A stretch of 46,853 nucleotides of DNA from Hylemonella sp. GTDB taxonomy: Bacteria > Pseudomonadota > Gammaproteobacteria > Burkholderiales > Burkholderiaceae_C. This document shows, piece after piece, positions 11,458 through 21,649 of this stretch. The position numbers and the translations under genes were made by a program. The notes beneath the pieces are model-generated. The model was given only the letters and a program-made list of their open reading frames with translations. It had not been told where the DNA came from and did not search any database. The stretch covers positions 1-46,853 of the forward strand of contig JANPNG010000213.1 in NCBI GenBank assembly GCA_031427355.1, in the 5' to 3' direction. Each line of letters starts with the position of its first letter. Position 1 is the first letter of the stretch.

Positions 11458-12819
11458 TCAACCCCAGAAGCGAGCGACATCATTGAAAAGCGCAATGGAC
11501 ATCATGACAGCTAACACAGTGATACCGACCCTCTGCAATCGCTCCTGCCACGCATCCGACAAGCCCTTGCCTGTCACCCACTCCCAAAGATAATACATCA
11601 GGTGCCCCCCATCGAGGACGGGTAACGGCATCAGATTCAAGACACCTAGGCTGACGCTGATCAAAGCCAGAAATACCAGGTACGACGTGATGCCCATACT
11701 CGCTGAGCGCCCCGCATAGTCTGCGATGGTCAGCGGTCCACTCAGGTTCTTTAAGGACGCATCCCCGACCACCATTTTTCCCATCATGCGCAAGGTCAGA
11801 AGCGATACATCCCAAGTCTTGATCACCCCTTGCCACAAGCCATCCACTGGACCGTAGCGCACAGTAATGAACTCGGGCAATCCGCCGACAAAAGCGCTGA
11901 TCTTGCCGATGCTTTCTGCACCTTCTTGAACCAGATCGGGCTTGACAACAATCTCCAACTCTTGATCAGCGCGCCGCACTTTCCAGGATGAGGCCACAGC
12001 CTCACTGCCTTGCACCGAGCCACGAATCAAGCCACGCAACTGTGCGCCATCCACCACGCGCTGCTGTCCCATCTGCAAAACCATATCACCCCGTCGCAAA
12101 CCGGCACGCTCTGCCGCACCTCCGGTCACAACTTCTCCGATCTCGGCACGGCTATACGGGGAAACCAAACCGATGCGGCGAAACAATCCGGCATCCGCTT
12201 CGCTCGCCCCCATTGAGGCTAGGGCCAGCATGACTTCACGAACCTGACTTTCTGGCGAGCTTTGCACAGAAAGCCGGACATCTTTGCCTTCGAGCGCCCC
12301 ACGAGTCAAAAGCCAGCGCACATCTTCAAAGGACGACACCGTTTGCAGCGATGAGTCCGAAAATCCGGCGCGCAACACCCGCTCCCCACCCGTTAAACCC
12401 GCCCTCTCGGCCACCGACCCCACCGAAGGACTGCCGAGCACAGCCGCCGCTTGCTGAACACCCACCCAATTCACCAAGGCATAGAGCACAACCGCCAACA
12501 ACAGGTTGGCCACCGGCCCGGCTGCCACGATCAAGGCCCGTGAGCGCAGGGGTTGCGTGTTGAAGGCCCGATGCCGCTCTGATTCGTCCACCGGGGCCTC
12601 GCGCTCATCCAGCATCCGGACATAGCCCCCAAGCGGGAAGACGCAGAGGGTGAATTCCGTATCAGAACCGCGTGGCTGCCAACGCAGCAGCGTGCGACCA
12701 AAACCGATGGAAAAGCGCAGCACCTTGACCCCACAGGCCACGGCCATGCGGTAGTGACCGTACTCGTGGATGGCAATGAGCAGTCCCAGAGCAACAATGA
12801 ACGCAACAATGGTCAACAT
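11458..12819 (-). CDS. rseP: RIP zinc metalloprotease RseP
   Basis: 453 aa with HEYGHY (the HExxH motif) in the first transmembrane segment, PDZ-like middle region and a conserved LNLMPLPVLDGGH motif. Confidence 0.93.
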   Translation of the reverse strand: MLTIVAFIVALGLLIAIHEYGHYRMAVACGVKVLRFSIGFGRTLLRWQPRGSDTEFTLCVFPLGGYVRMLDEREAPVDESERHRAFNTQPLRSRALIVAAGPVANLLLAVVLYALVNWVGVQQAAAVLGSPSVGSVAERAGLTGGERVLRAGFSDSSLQTVSSFEDVRWLLTRGALEGKDVRLSVQSSPESQVREVMLALASMGASEADAGLFRRIGLVSPYSRAEIGEVVTGGAAERAGLRRGDMVLQMGQQRVVDGAQLRGLIRGSVQGSEAVASSWKVRRADQELEIVVKPDLVQEGAESIGKISAFVGGLPEFITVRYGPVDGLWQGVIKTWDVSLLTLRMMGKMVVGDASLKNLSGPLTIADYAGRSASMGITSYLVFLALISVSLGVLNLMPLPVLDGGHLMYYLWEWVTGKGLSDAWQERLQRVGITVLAVMMSIALFNDVARFWG

Positions 12820-12836
12820 GTAATGTCCTCACACCT

Positions 12837-14027
12837 TCAGCGAGAGAGTCCTTGGGCTAGGCCTTGCGCCACAGCACGCGACTCGGCGTCCAGAGCCAAC
12901 AGGTGTTCCAGTGAGCCCGCAGGAGACGGGGAGACCGCCTCAAGCGTCTCAACGTTAACCGCATAAATCTGGTCGAAACGAATTCGCTTGTCAAGAAAAG
13001 CCGCCACGGCAATTTCATTGGCGGCATTGAGTACGGCCGTTGTGCCCGAAGGAGCCTCAAGCGCCTCCCAAGCCAGCTTCAAACCGGGGAAGCGCTCAGG
13101 GTGTCCGCGTGTGATGATCGCCTCAAAACTCATGTCCGACAGACTTGCAAAGTCCAGCGCCTGGGCACCTGAAGCCATGCGCTCGGGCCAGGAAAGCCCG
13201 TAGGCGATAGGTATCCGCATGTCCGGCGTGCCCAGTTGCGCCACCACGGAATGGTCTTGGTACTGCACCATGGAATGAATCACGCTCTGCGGGTGAATCA
13301 CGACTTCCAGCCGCTGCGAGGGCAGACCAAACAGAAAATGCGCCTCGATCACCTCCAGTGCTTTGTTCATCATGGTGGCGGAATCCACCGAGATTTTTCG
13401 CCCCATCACCCAGTTGGGGTGCGCGCAGGCCTGCTCGGGCGTCACATCGCGCAAGGTCTGAGGCTCACGGGTACGAAACGGGCCACCAGACGCGGTGAGA
13501 ATGATTTTGTCAACGCGCGTCGACCAGGTCTTGGCATCTTCCGGCAGGGACTGAAAAATCGCCGAATGCTCACTGTCAATCGGCAGCAGCGTCGCCCCGC
13601 CCTCTTTGACCGTCCGCATGAAAAGATCGCCGCCGACCACCAGCGCCTCCTTGTTGGCCAGCAGCAGGCGCTTACCCGTACGGGCCGCTGCAATGCAAGG
13701 TGCCAGACCGACCGCACCCACGATGGCGGCCATGACGATGTCCACCTGCTCATGCGAGGCCATGGCAGTGATTGATTCAGCGCCCTTCAAAACCGTGGTG
13801 AACGATCCCAAGGCAGACAATTTGTCGGCCAAAAATTTCGCATGCACCTCGCTGGCCATTACGGCATAGCGGGGTTTGAACTGCACACACTGCTGCAAGA
13901 GCAAATCAACTTGAGTGGCGGCCGTGAGGGCAAATACCTCAAAGCGATCGGGGTGACGGACTATGACATCCAGCGTGCTGGTGCCTATCGAGCCGGTTGA
14001 GCCAAGAATGGCGATGCGTTGTTTCAT
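12837..14027 (-). CDS. dxr: 1-deoxy-D-xylulose-5-phosphate reductoisomerase
   Basis: 396 aa with ILGSTGSIGTSTLDV at the N-terminus and LLPIDSEHSAIFQ. Its start overlaps the cdsA stop as ATGA. Confidence 0.95.
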   Translation of the reverse strand: MKQRIAILGSTGSIGTSTLDVIVRHPDRFEVFALTAATQVDLLLQQCVQFKPRYAVMASEVHAKFLADKLSALGSFTTVLKGAESITAMASHEQVDIVMAAIVGAVGLAPCIAAARTGKRLLLANKEALVVGGDLFMRTVKEGGATLLPIDSEHSAIFQSLPEDAKTWSTRVDKIILTASGGPFRTREPQTLRDVTPEQACAHPNWVMGRKISVDSATMMNKALEVIEAHFLFGLPSQRLEVVIHPQSVIHSMVQYQDHSVVAQLGTPDMRIPIAYGLSWPERMASGAQALDFASLSDMSFEAIITRGHPERFPGLKLAWEALEAPSGTTAVLNAANEIAVAAFLDKRIRFDQIYAVNVETLEAVSPSPAGSLEHLLALDAESRAVAQGLAQGLSR

Positions 14028-14878
14028 GGCACAAGCAGCGAATGCATCATCATGGCCATAGGCAGCGTGGGCAAGAGTGCATCGACGCGGTCTAACACGC
14101 CACCATGGCCAGGCAACAAGCCGCTGCTATCCTTGACACCCGCACTGCGTTTGATCAGCGACTCGATCAAATCCCCCACGACGCTCATGACCGCCATCAT
14201 CAACGCGCCCAGCCCTAAAAACCAGACACCTTTAACGGCCAATTGGCTGTAGAGACTGGGCACTGCGATTTGCCAGATTTGGTCGATCCAAAGCCAACTC
14301 ATGGCCAAGACCAACACACCCACCATGCCGCCCCACACCCCTTCCCAACTCTTGCCCGGGCTGATGGAGGGGGCCAGTTTGCTACGGCTGAAACGCCCAC
14401 CCCAGGCCTTGCCCGCGAAGTAAGCAAAAATATCAGCCACCCAGACCAGCACCAGACTGGAGAGAAGGAAATTGATGCCCACCACACGCGCCTGAGCCAC
14501 GGCCAGCCAGGCACACCACAGCATTAAAAAACCGCCCACCAAGCGAACCCAACGCGGGATGGCCGCCCAAGCGGGAACACCCTGGCGCAGCAGCCAGGCC
14601 CCGGCGAGCACCCAGCACCCTGTGGCCACGATCCAGACCCAGGGCAAATTGACAGACAGCAAGCCGCCAACCCAGGTCGCACCACCAGTCAGCGCCAATA
14701 GCGCCCCAAGACTTAGCGAGGCCATTGGGCCACAGCCGTTCAACCTCCCCCACTCCCAAGCCCCCGCTGAAATCAGCACCAGCGACACAACGCAAAACGG
14801 CGCGGGAGACGGATAAAACAAGGCAGGCAGCAAGATCAGCAACAAGGCGATGGCGGTGATGACACGCTGTTTGAGCAT
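14024..14878 (-). CDS. cdsA: Phosphatidate cytidylyltransferase
   Basis: 284-aa polytopic membrane protein with the C-terminal signature SLIKRSAGVKDSSGLLPGHGGVLDRVD. Confidence 0.92.
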   Translation of the reverse strand: MLKQRVITAIALLLILLPALFYPSPAPFCVVSLVLISAGAWEWGRLNGCGPMASLSLGALLALTGGATWVGGLLSVNLPWVWIVATGCWVLAGAWLLRQGVPAWAAIPRWVRLVGGFLMLWCAWLAVAQARVVGINFLLSSLVLVWVADIFAYFAGKAWGGRFSRSKLAPSISPGKSWEGVWGGMVGVLVLAMSWLWIDQIWQIAVPSLYSQLAVKGVWFLGLGALMMAVMSVVGDLIESLIKRSAGVKDSSGLLPGHGGVLDRVDALLPTLPMAMMMHSLLVP

Positions 14879-14886
14879 GGAGATTC

Positions 14887-15621
14887 CTATTGGTCCGTGG
14901 CGTCGCTTACGGCGGCCACTTGAGCGGATGTTTTGCCAAATCGGCGTTCGCGCTGCGTGTAGGCCGCAAGCGCTTCGTCCAGCGCGGCCTCATCAAACTC
15001 AGGCCACAGCTTGTCGCTGAAATAAAGCTCGGCGTAAGCCGCCTGCCAGAGCAGGAAATTACTCAAGCGCTGCTCACCCCCGGTGCGAATGATCAGATCC
15101 GGGTCTGGCACATGGGCCAGTGCCATGGCGGCCCCCAATTCGAATTCGTTGATCGCCTTACCCTGGGCTACTAACTTCGCAGCGGCTTGAGCCATGTCCC
15201 AGCGTCCGCCGTAGTTGAAGCAAATATTCACGATGAGCCGCGTGTTGCTTGCCGTGGCCGCTTCGGCCTGAGCCAGCCCCGTGAGCACCTTGTTAGACAA
15301 ACCTGCGCGTTCACCAACGAAATGCAGACGTACGCCTTCTTTATTCATTCCCGGCACTTCTCTGGAGAGCGCCACCATCAGCAAATCCATCAGACCCGAC
15401 ACCTCTTCCGCAGGGCGATTCCAGTTCTCAGATGAAAAAGCAAACACCGTGAGCACGGCCACACCACGCTCTGCACAGGCCTTGATACAGCGGCGCAAGG
15501 AACTCATGCCCTGTTGATGGCCGACGAGACGCGGCAAAAACCGCTTGGTCGCCCAGCGTCCGTTGCCATCCATGACGATGGCGATGTGGTGAGGGATCAC
15601 CTCAGATGGCCATGATTTCAT
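14887..15621 (-). CDS. uppS: Undecaprenyl-diphosphate synthase
   Basis: Contains [13 protein letters not shown] and [12 protein letters not shown] prefer ATG at 15621, which overlaps frr by 20 nt. The ORF-track TTG at 15654 is an alternative. Confidence 0.9.
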   Translation of the reverse strand: MKSWPSEVIPHHIAIVMDGNGRWATKRFLPRLVGHQQGMSSLRRCIKACAERGVAVLTVFAFSSENWNRPAEEVSGLMDLLMVALSREVPGMNKEGVRLHFVGERAGLSNKVLTGLAQAEAATASNTRLIVNICFNYGGRWDMAQAAAKLVAQGKAINEFELGAAMALAHVPDPDLIIRTGGEQRLSNFLLWQAAYAELYFSDKLWPEFDEAALDEALAAYTQRERRFGKTSAQVAAVSDATDQ

Positions 15622-16162
15622 GCTCTTTGGCCGCGACCAATTGGTCGATTTCAATCACATGCTTGTCGGTAATCTTTTGAATTTCGGTCTCAGTGCGTTT
15701 CTGATCGTCTTCAGAAACCAACTTGTCCTTGACCATTTTTTTCACAGTCTCATTGGCGTCCCGTCGCAGATTGCGCACCGCGATCTTGGCGCTCTCGCCC
15801 TCATTGCGCGCCAGCTTGGTCATTTCCTTGCGGCGCTCTTCTGACATAGCGGGCATGGGGACGCGAATCAAATCGCCCATGGAAGCTGGATTCAAACCGA
15901 GGTCGCTCTCACGAATGGCTTTTTCGATCTTGGCACCCATGCCTTTTTCCCAGGGCTGCACGCTGATGGTGCGCGCGTCCAGCAAAGAAACGTTGGCCAC
16001 CTGGCTGATGGGTACGGCTGATCCGTAGTAATCCACCTGAACAGAATCGAGCAAAGCCGGGTTAGCACGCCCAGTGCGGATGCGGGTCAGGTTGTTTTTG
16101 AAGGCTTGGATGGACTGATCCATCTTGCCTTGCATGGTCGTCTTGATGTCTGCAATCGTCAT
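15602..16162 (-). CDS. frr: Ribosome recycling factor
   Basis: 186 aa, typical RRF sequence ([25 protein letters not shown]). Confidence 0.95.
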   Translation of the reverse strand: MTIADIKTTMQGKMDQSIQAFKNNLTRIRTGRANPALLDSVQVDYYGSAVPISQVANVSLLDARTISVQPWEKGMGAKIEKAIRESDLGLNPASMGDLIRVPMPAMSEERRKEMTKLARNEGESAKIAVRNLRRDANETVKKMVKDKLVSEDDQKRTETEIQKITDKHVIEIDQLVAAKEHEIMAI

Positions 16163-16221
16163 TTTTCTCTCCTCTCTTGCCGTCTCTGGGCAAGAACTTC
16201 ATGAATAACTTTTGGTCTGAA

Positions 16222-16944
16222 TCACGCGTAGACCAGTGTGCCTTCGTCTTCGCCCATCACCACCCGCTTGAGTGCACCATTTTTCAAGATGGAAAACACG
16301 GTGATCGGTAATTTTTGGTCGCGACACAGCGCAAAGGCTGTAGCGTCCATGATGCCCAAATTTTTGGAAATCGCCTCGTCAAAAGACAGCTTGGCGTAAC
16401 GCGTGGCCTGCGGGTCTTTATTGGGGTCGGCGCTGTACACCCCATCGACTTTGGTGGCTTTGAGCACCATTTGTGCGCCAATCTCGGCACCGCGCAAGGC
16501 GGCGGCCGTGTCGGTTGTGAAGAACGGATTGCCCGTACCCGCTGCAAACACGACAACTTTGCCTTCTTCCAGATACTGCAAAGCTTTGGGTCGCACATAG
16601 GGCTCAACCACCTGTTCAATGGCAATGGCCGACATGACACGAGCGGTCAAACCCGCCTTGTTCATGGTGTCGGCCAGGGCCAGTGAGTTCATGACCGTCG
16701 CCAGCATGCCCATGTAGTCAGCCGTGGCTCGGTCCATGCCGACCGAGCCGCCCGCCACACCCCGAAAAATATTGCCGCCACCAATCACCACGGCCAACTC
16801 CACGCCGAGCCGGGTGACTTCTGCAATTTCATCCACCATGCGAACGATGGTGGCGTGGTTGATGCCGAAAGCGTCATCCCCCATCAGAGCCTCCCCGGAC
16901 AGCTTCAACAAGATGCGCTTGTAGGCTGGCTTGGGATGGGACAT
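16222..16944 (-). CDS. pyrH: UMP kinase
   Basis: ATG at 16944 is preceded by AAGGAG (16951-16956). The product begins [20 protein letters not shown], typical of PyrH. The 11 upstream ORF codons are discarded. Confidence 0.95.
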   Translation of the reverse strand: MSHPKPAYKRILLKLSGEALMGDDAFGINHATIVRMVDEIAEVTRLGVELAVVIGGGNIFRGVAGGSVGMDRATADYMGMLATVMNSLALADTMNKAGLTARVMSAIAIEQVVEPYVRPKALQYLEEGKVVVFAAGTGNPFFTTDTAAALRGAEIGAQMVLKATKVDGVYSADPNKDPQATRYAKLSFDEAISKNLGIMDATAFALCRDQKLPITVFSILKNGALKRVVMGEDEGTLVYA

Positions 16945-17004
16945 GGAAAGCTCCTTGAAGGGATGATGAGAGGGCAACGCAGCAGTCGGAATTTACAGGC
17001 TTTT

Positions 17005-17928
17005 TTAAGCCGCCTGTTTGGCTGCTGCGACTTGCGCCGCCACTTCAGCCGCAAAGTCATCCACCTTTTTCTCAATGCCTTCACCCACGACGTAGAGCGT
17101 GAACGATTTCACCGTGGTGCCATCGCTCTTGAGCATCTGCTCGACCGTCACCTTGTCGTTTTTGACGAAAGACTGGTTGAACAGGGACACCTCCTTGAGG
17201 TACTTCTGAACGCCGCCTTCAATGCGCTTGGCCACGATCTCGTCCGACTGCACCGGCTTGCCTGCGGCCTCGGCCACCTTGCGGTCTTCGTCGGCCTTGG
17301 CGGTTGCCACAGAGCGCTCACGGGAGATCAACTCGGCAGGCACGTCGGCACTGGTCAAGGCCACGGGCTTCATGGCAGCCACATGCATGGCCACGTCTTT
17401 AGCGGCGGTCTCATTACCTTCAAATTCGACCAGCACGCCGATGCGTGTGCCGTGCAGATAGTTGGCGACCTTGGCACCTGAGTCAATGCGCTTGAAGCGA
17501 CGGAAGGTCATGTTCTCGCCAATCTTGCCAATCAAACCCTTGCGCACGTCTTCCAGCGTGGGGCCAAAGTTGTCCTGCGCATAGGCCAGCGTACCCAGAG
17601 CGGCAGCGTCGGCGGGATTGTGCTTGGCAATCAGTTCAGCAGCGGCTTTGGCCAAGGCCAAAAAACTGTCGTTTTTGGTCACGAAGTCGGTTTCGCAGTT
17701 GACTTCAAGCAGCGCACCGACATTGCCGTCGATGTAGCTGGCGACCACGCCCTCAGCCGTCACGCGCGAGGCGGCCTTACCGGCCTTGCTACCCAACTTC
17801 ACGCGCAGCAGCTCTTCAGCTTTGACCATGTCGCCAGCGGCTTCGGTCAGGGCGCGTTTGCATTCCATCATGGGCGCGTCGGTTTTGCCACGCAGTTCTG
17901 CGACCATGCTTGCTGTAATTGCCGTCAT
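17005..17928 (-). CDS. tsf: Translation elongation factor Ts
   Basis: ATG at 17928 is preceded by GGAGA. The product begins [27 protein letters not shown], the canonical EF-Ts N-terminus. Confidence 0.95.
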   Translation of the reverse strand: MTAITASMVAELRGKTDAPMMECKRALTEAAGDMVKAEELLRVKLGSKAGKAASRVTAEGVVASYIDGNVGALLEVNCETDFVTKNDSFLALAKAAAELIAKHNPADAAALGTLAYAQDNFGPTLEDVRKGLIGKIGENMTFRRFKRIDSGAKVANYLHGTRIGVLVEFEGNETAAKDVAMHVAAMKPVALTSADVPAELISRERSVATAKADEDRKVAEAAGKPVQSDEIVAKRIEGGVQKYLKEVSLFNQSFVKNDKVTVEQMLKSDGTTVKSFTLYVVGEGIEKKVDDFAAEVAAQVAAAKQAA

Positions 17929-17991
17929 ATCTTTCTCCGTACTCAATTCAAATTAAAAATATCAGGAAACCCTGAATAGATGGGTGGGTCT

Positions 17992-18019
17992 AAAAAAAAG
18001 GGGCACACAAGCCCCTTTT
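17992..18019 (-). terminator. Rho-independent hairpin between rpsB and tsf (attenuator or terminator)
   Basis: The minus strand reads AAAAGGGGC-TTGTGT-GCCCCTTTTTTTT: a 9-bp GC-rich stem, 6-nt loop and 8-T tail. It lies 18 nt after the rpsB stop. An intergenic hairpin here is a known feature of the rpsB-tsf operon. Confidence 0.8.
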
Positions 18020-18036
18020 GTCGGGTCAGAGACGGC

Positions 18037-18792
18037 TTAAGAAGCGGACTCGTTCACTTCCACAAACTCATCGCTGCTTTCAGCGGCGGCCACAGCCTTG
18101 ACCACATCGTCCACCGCATTGGCACGGCCTTCCAGAATCGCGTCCGCAATCCCACGGGCATACAGCATCACAGCCTTGGATGAGTCGTCGTTACCAGGGA
18201 TCACGTAGTCAATACCTTCGGGGGAATGGTTGGTGTCAACCACGCCGATCAGGGGAATACCGAGCTTGCGTGCCTCGGCGATGGCAATCTTGTGGAAACC
18301 CACGTCAATCACAAAAATCGCGTCAGGCAAACCGCCCATGTCCTGAATACCGCCAATGTCTTTTTCCAGCTTGGCCAGTTCACGGGAGAACATGAGCTGC
18401 TCTTTTTTGCTCATGGCGTCCAGACCCGCTTCTTGCTGGATCTTCATGTCTTTGAGGCGTTTGATGGAGGTCTTGACCGTCTTGAAGTTGGTCAACATGC
18501 CGCCCAGCCAACGCTGGTCTACATAGGGAACGCCAGCGCGCTGAGCTTCGGCGGCCACGGTCTCGCGTGCCTGGCGCTTGGTACCGACCATCAAAATGGT
18601 GCCGCGCTTGGCGGTCAATTGACGGGCAAACTTGGCCGCGTCCTGGAACATCGGCAGCGATTTTTCCAGGTTAATAATGTGAATTTTGTTGCGATGACCG
18701 AAGATGAACGGGGCCATCTTGGGGTTCCAGAAACGGGTTTGGTGGCCGAAATGGACACCGGCTTCCAGCATTTCGCGCATGGTAACGGACAT
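18037..18792 (-). CDS. rpsB: 30S ribosomal protein S2
   Basis: ATG at 18792 is preceded by GGAG. The product begins [26 protein letters not shown], the canonical S2 N-terminus. Confidence 0.96.
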   Translation of the reverse strand: MSVTMREMLEAGVHFGHQTRFWNPKMAPFIFGHRNKIHIINLEKSLPMFQDAAKFARQLTAKRGTILMVGTKRQARETVAAEAQRAGVPYVDQRWLGGMLTNFKTVKTSIKRLKDMKIQQEAGLDAMSKKEQLMFSRELAKLEKDIGGIQDMGGLPDAIFVIDVGFHKIAIAEARKLGIPLIGVVDTNHSPEGIDYVIPGNDDSSKAVMLYARGIADAILEGRANAVDDVVKAVAAAESSDEFVEVNESAS

Positions 18793-18946
18793 AAAAAACT
18801 CCAAAGGTTAGGTCTAAAATCCGGTCCACTATTGCGCTTGAAGCCATGGGTTTTTCAACTCATTGATCAAAGCAACAACACCTGGTTGGAACCGGTTTGC
18901 GATTTGTTCGCCAAGCGCCATGATGGCTACCCGGCTAAACCTAAGG

Positions 18947-18955
18947 ATTTTAACA
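18947..18955 (-). promoter_or_regulatory. Candidate extended -10 promoter for rpsB (TGtTAAAAT)
   Basis: The minus strand reads TGTTAAAAT about 150 nt upstream of the rpsB ATG, which would give a long leader as in other rpsB operons. It lies in the divergent region shared with the amidase gene. Pattern evidence only. Confidence 0.35.
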
Positions 18956-18974
18956 CGGACTGAGCTGAAAAACC

Positions 18975-20327
18975 ATGTCAATCGACCTTCACACGACCTT
19001 GCAGCACCTGCGCCAAGGCCAGACCCAGGCTAGCGATGAAATGGCGCGCTCCATCGCAGCCGCCCAATCAAACCGCTGCAAGCATGTTTTTGTCCAGGCC
19101 GCGTTTGAAGAGGCCCAAACGTTTGCCGACAACCCGAAGCATTTGACTCTCCCCTTAGCTGGGCTGTCGGTTTCAGTCAAAGACCTGTTTGATGTAGCCG
19201 GCCAAACCAGCCGTGCGGGCTCCGTCCTGCTTAACGACGCGCCCGCAGCGCGACAGGACGCGCAGGCCGTGGCACGGCTGCGCTCAGCTGGCGCGGCCTT
19301 CATCGGTCGTACCAACATGACGGAGTTTGCCTTCTCAGGTGTTGGCATCAACCCGCACTTTGGCACGCCAGCCAACGCAGCGTTCACCGATCAGCCTCGC
19401 ATCCCTGGTGGCTCATCCTCAGGTGCGGCCATTTCTGTTGCCACCGGGGCGGCCTTCATTGGCTTGGGTTCAGACACGGGTGGCTCCATTCGCATTCCGG
19501 CGGCCCTCAATGGTCTGGTGGGCTTCAAAAGCACAGCTCGACTTGTGCCGCTCGGGGGCACGATTCCTCTGTCAAGCACGCTGGACACGGCCTGCGCCAT
19601 CACCCGCTCGGTGCGTGACGCCATCCTCACCCACGAAATCCTGGCCGCCCGTCGCGTCACGCGCAGCAATGCGCCCTTGTCGGCCTATCGACTGGCCATC
19701 ACACCCACCGTCATGCACGAAGGCCTGGACACTGACGCGGCACGCGCTTATGAGCGCAGCCTGCACAACCTGCGCCAGGCGGGTGCGCAGATCGAAGAAA
19801 TTAAGCTTCCCGAGCTGGGCGAGCTGGCCACTTTTCAAACCCTCGGCAATTTCTCTGCGGCTGAAAGCTACACCTGGCACAAACCCTGGCTTCAAGACAA
19901 ATCCGCACTGTATGACCCACGTGTTCTCACCCGCATCATGCGCGGGGCCAGCATGAGCGCGCGTGATTACCTTGAGCTGGTGCAAGCCCGCAGTGACTGG
20001 ATCACTCGCATGGAGCGTGCGCTTGAAGGTTTTGACGCCGTGTTGTCGCCCACCGTGCCTCTCATTGCCCCGCCCATTGCCGATGTTGCCCCAGCCCAAG
20101 GGCTGGATGCCACACAAGACCGGGTACGGGACGAGGCGTTTTTCAAGGTCAACGCCCTGCTCTTGCGCAACCCAAGCGCCGTCAACATGTTGGACGGCTG
20201 TGCCATCTCGCTGCCCTGCCACACGCCAGACGAGCCGCCAGTCGGCCTCATGGTCTGGCACGGCGCGATGCGCGATGATACGGTGCTGAACATTGCGATT
20301 CAGATCGAAGAATTGCTACAAAAATAA
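18975..20327 (+). CDS. Amidase-signature family amidase
   Basis: 450 aa with the amidase-signature core IPGGSSSGAAISVATGAAFIGLGSDTGGSIRIPAA and an upstream SVKDLFDVAG that supplies the catalytic Lys context. Confidence 0.88.
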   Translation: MSIDLHTTLQHLRQGQTQASDEMARSIAAAQSNRCKHVFVQAAFEEAQTFADNPKHLTLPLAGLSVSVKDLFDVAGQTSRAGSVLLNDAPAARQDAQAVARLRSAGAAFIGRTNMTEFAFSGVGINPHFGTPANAAFTDQPRIPGGSSSGAAISVATGAAFIGLGSDTGGSIRIPAALNGLVGFKSTARLVPLGGTIPLSSTLDTACAITRSVRDAILTHEILAARRVTRSNAPLSAYRLAITPTVMHEGLDTDAARAYERSLHNLRQAGAQIEEIKLPELGELATFQTLGNFSAAESYTWHKPWLQDKSALYDPRVLTRIMRGASMSARDYLELVQARSDWITRMERALEGFDAVLSPTVPLIAPPIADVAPAQGLDATQDRVRDEAFFKVNALLLRNPSAVNMLDGCAISLPCHTPDEPPVGLMVWHGAMRDDTVLNIAIQIEELLQK

Positions 20328-20355
20328 TAGCTTTCTGCGCCCATATTTAAAGGCA
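20314..20355 (+). repeat. AT-rich 42-nt motif, copy c (spans the amidase stop codon)
   Basis: TGCTACAAAAATA-ATAGCT-TTCTGCGCC-CATATTTAAAGGCA. The amidase TAA stop lies inside the A/T run. Confidence 0.75.
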
Positions 20356-20380
20356 CAGATACGAAAAACATCTCTCATTC

Positions 20381-21637
20381 ATGAAAATTGCAGTTATTGG
20401 TGCCGGCATCATCGGCGTCACCACCGCCTACGAGTTGGCGCAGGATGGTCACGAAGTCACCGTTTTTGAACGCCGCTTGGCCGCCGCCGAAGAATCCAGT
20501 TTCGCCAGCGCGGGGCTGATCACGCCGGGCTATCACGCCCCTTGGGTGATGCCTGGCATGCGTCTGAAGATCATTCGCCACTTCTTCAGCGCCAACGCAC
20601 CGGTTCGCTTCAGGCTCCCCCTGCGTGGCAGTGACATGGCCTGGATGTGGTCGTGCCTGCGCGCGGCCAATACGCAAAGCTATGCGAGCAACCGCTCACG
20701 CATGCAGCGTCTGGCCGCCTACAGCCGTGAGCGCCTGAACGCCATCAGCGCTGATGCAAAGTTTGAATTCGACCGCAGCACCGGCTTGATGGTGATGCTG
20801 CGATCAGCTCGCGACCACACTCGTTTGCAGGCCAGCCTGCAAGCCCTGCGCGACGCCGAGCTCCCCTTTCGCGAGCTCAAACCGGAAGAGGCGCGCAAAA
20901 TTGAACCCGCCCTCAACCCGGACACCGACTTCCACAGCGCCATTCACCTGCCAGATGACGAGGTCGGCAACTGCCGCCAATTCGCTCTACTGCTCAAAAA
21001 CGAAACGCAAAACCTGGGCGCGCAATTCGAATTCAGCACCACGGTCGAAAAACTCGAACCCTTAGCAAGCGGCATGGCTGTATCAGTCCTGGGCGAGACC
21101 GCGCCACGTCGCTTTGACGCCGCCGTGATGTGCGCAGGCGTGGATTCGGCACGCCTGCTGCGCCCTCTGGGCCTGAAGCTGCCACTGGCGGCTGTGCACG
21201 GTTACTCGGTCAGCGCCGCCATTCGCGAACCCCTGAACGCACCCCGCAGCGCCATCGTGGATGAACGCTACAAGGTCAGCCTCTCGCGCCTGGGCAACCG
21301 GGTCCGCGTGGCGGGTACGGCCGAGCTGGGTGGCACGCCCGGCAAAGTGCATGACGACGCCCTGAAGACGCTCTACAAAGTACTGCAAGACTGGTTCCCC
21401 GGTGCGGCCAGGCACTCCAGTGGCGTGCAGGTCTGGAAAGGCGCTCGCCCGATGCTGCCCGATGGCCCGCCCGTGCTGGGGGCCAGCGGCATTCCAGCAC
21501 TATGGCTGAACCTGGGCCACGGGGCCAGCGGTTGGAGCTTTAGCTGTGGCTCAGCCCGCGCCGTGGCCGACCTGATGGGGGGGCGTGATCCTGAGCTTGA
21601 TCTTGAGGGTTTGACTTTGGGTCGATTTCTGGCCTAA
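20381..21637 (+). CDS. FAD-dependent oxidoreductase of the D-amino-acid dehydrogenase (DadA) family
   Basis: 418 aa with the Rossmann N-terminus MKIAVIGAGIIGVTTAYELAQDGHEVTVFER. It is collinear with DadA through the C-terminal NLGHGASGWSFSCGSA motif. Confidence 0.8.
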   Translation: MKIAVIGAGIIGVTTAYELAQDGHEVTVFERRLAAAEESSFASAGLITPGYHAPWVMPGMRLKIIRHFFSANAPVRFRLPLRGSDMAWMWSCLRAANTQSYASNRSRMQRLAAYSRERLNAISADAKFEFDRSTGLMVMLRSARDHTRLQASLQALRDAELPFRELKPEEARKIEPALNPDTDFHSAIHLPDDEVGNCRQFALLLKNETQNLGAQFEFSTTVEKLEPLASGMAVSVLGETAPRRFDAAVMCAGVDSARLLRPLGLKLPLAAVHGYSVSAAIREPLNAPRSAIVDERYKVSLSRLGNRVRVAGTAELGGTPGKVHDDALKTLYKVLQDWFPGAARHSSGVQVWKGARPMLPDGPPVLGASGIPALWLNLGHGASGWSFSCGSARAVADLMGGRDPELDLEGLTLGRFLA

Positions 21638-21649
21638 GGTCGGGGGCCT

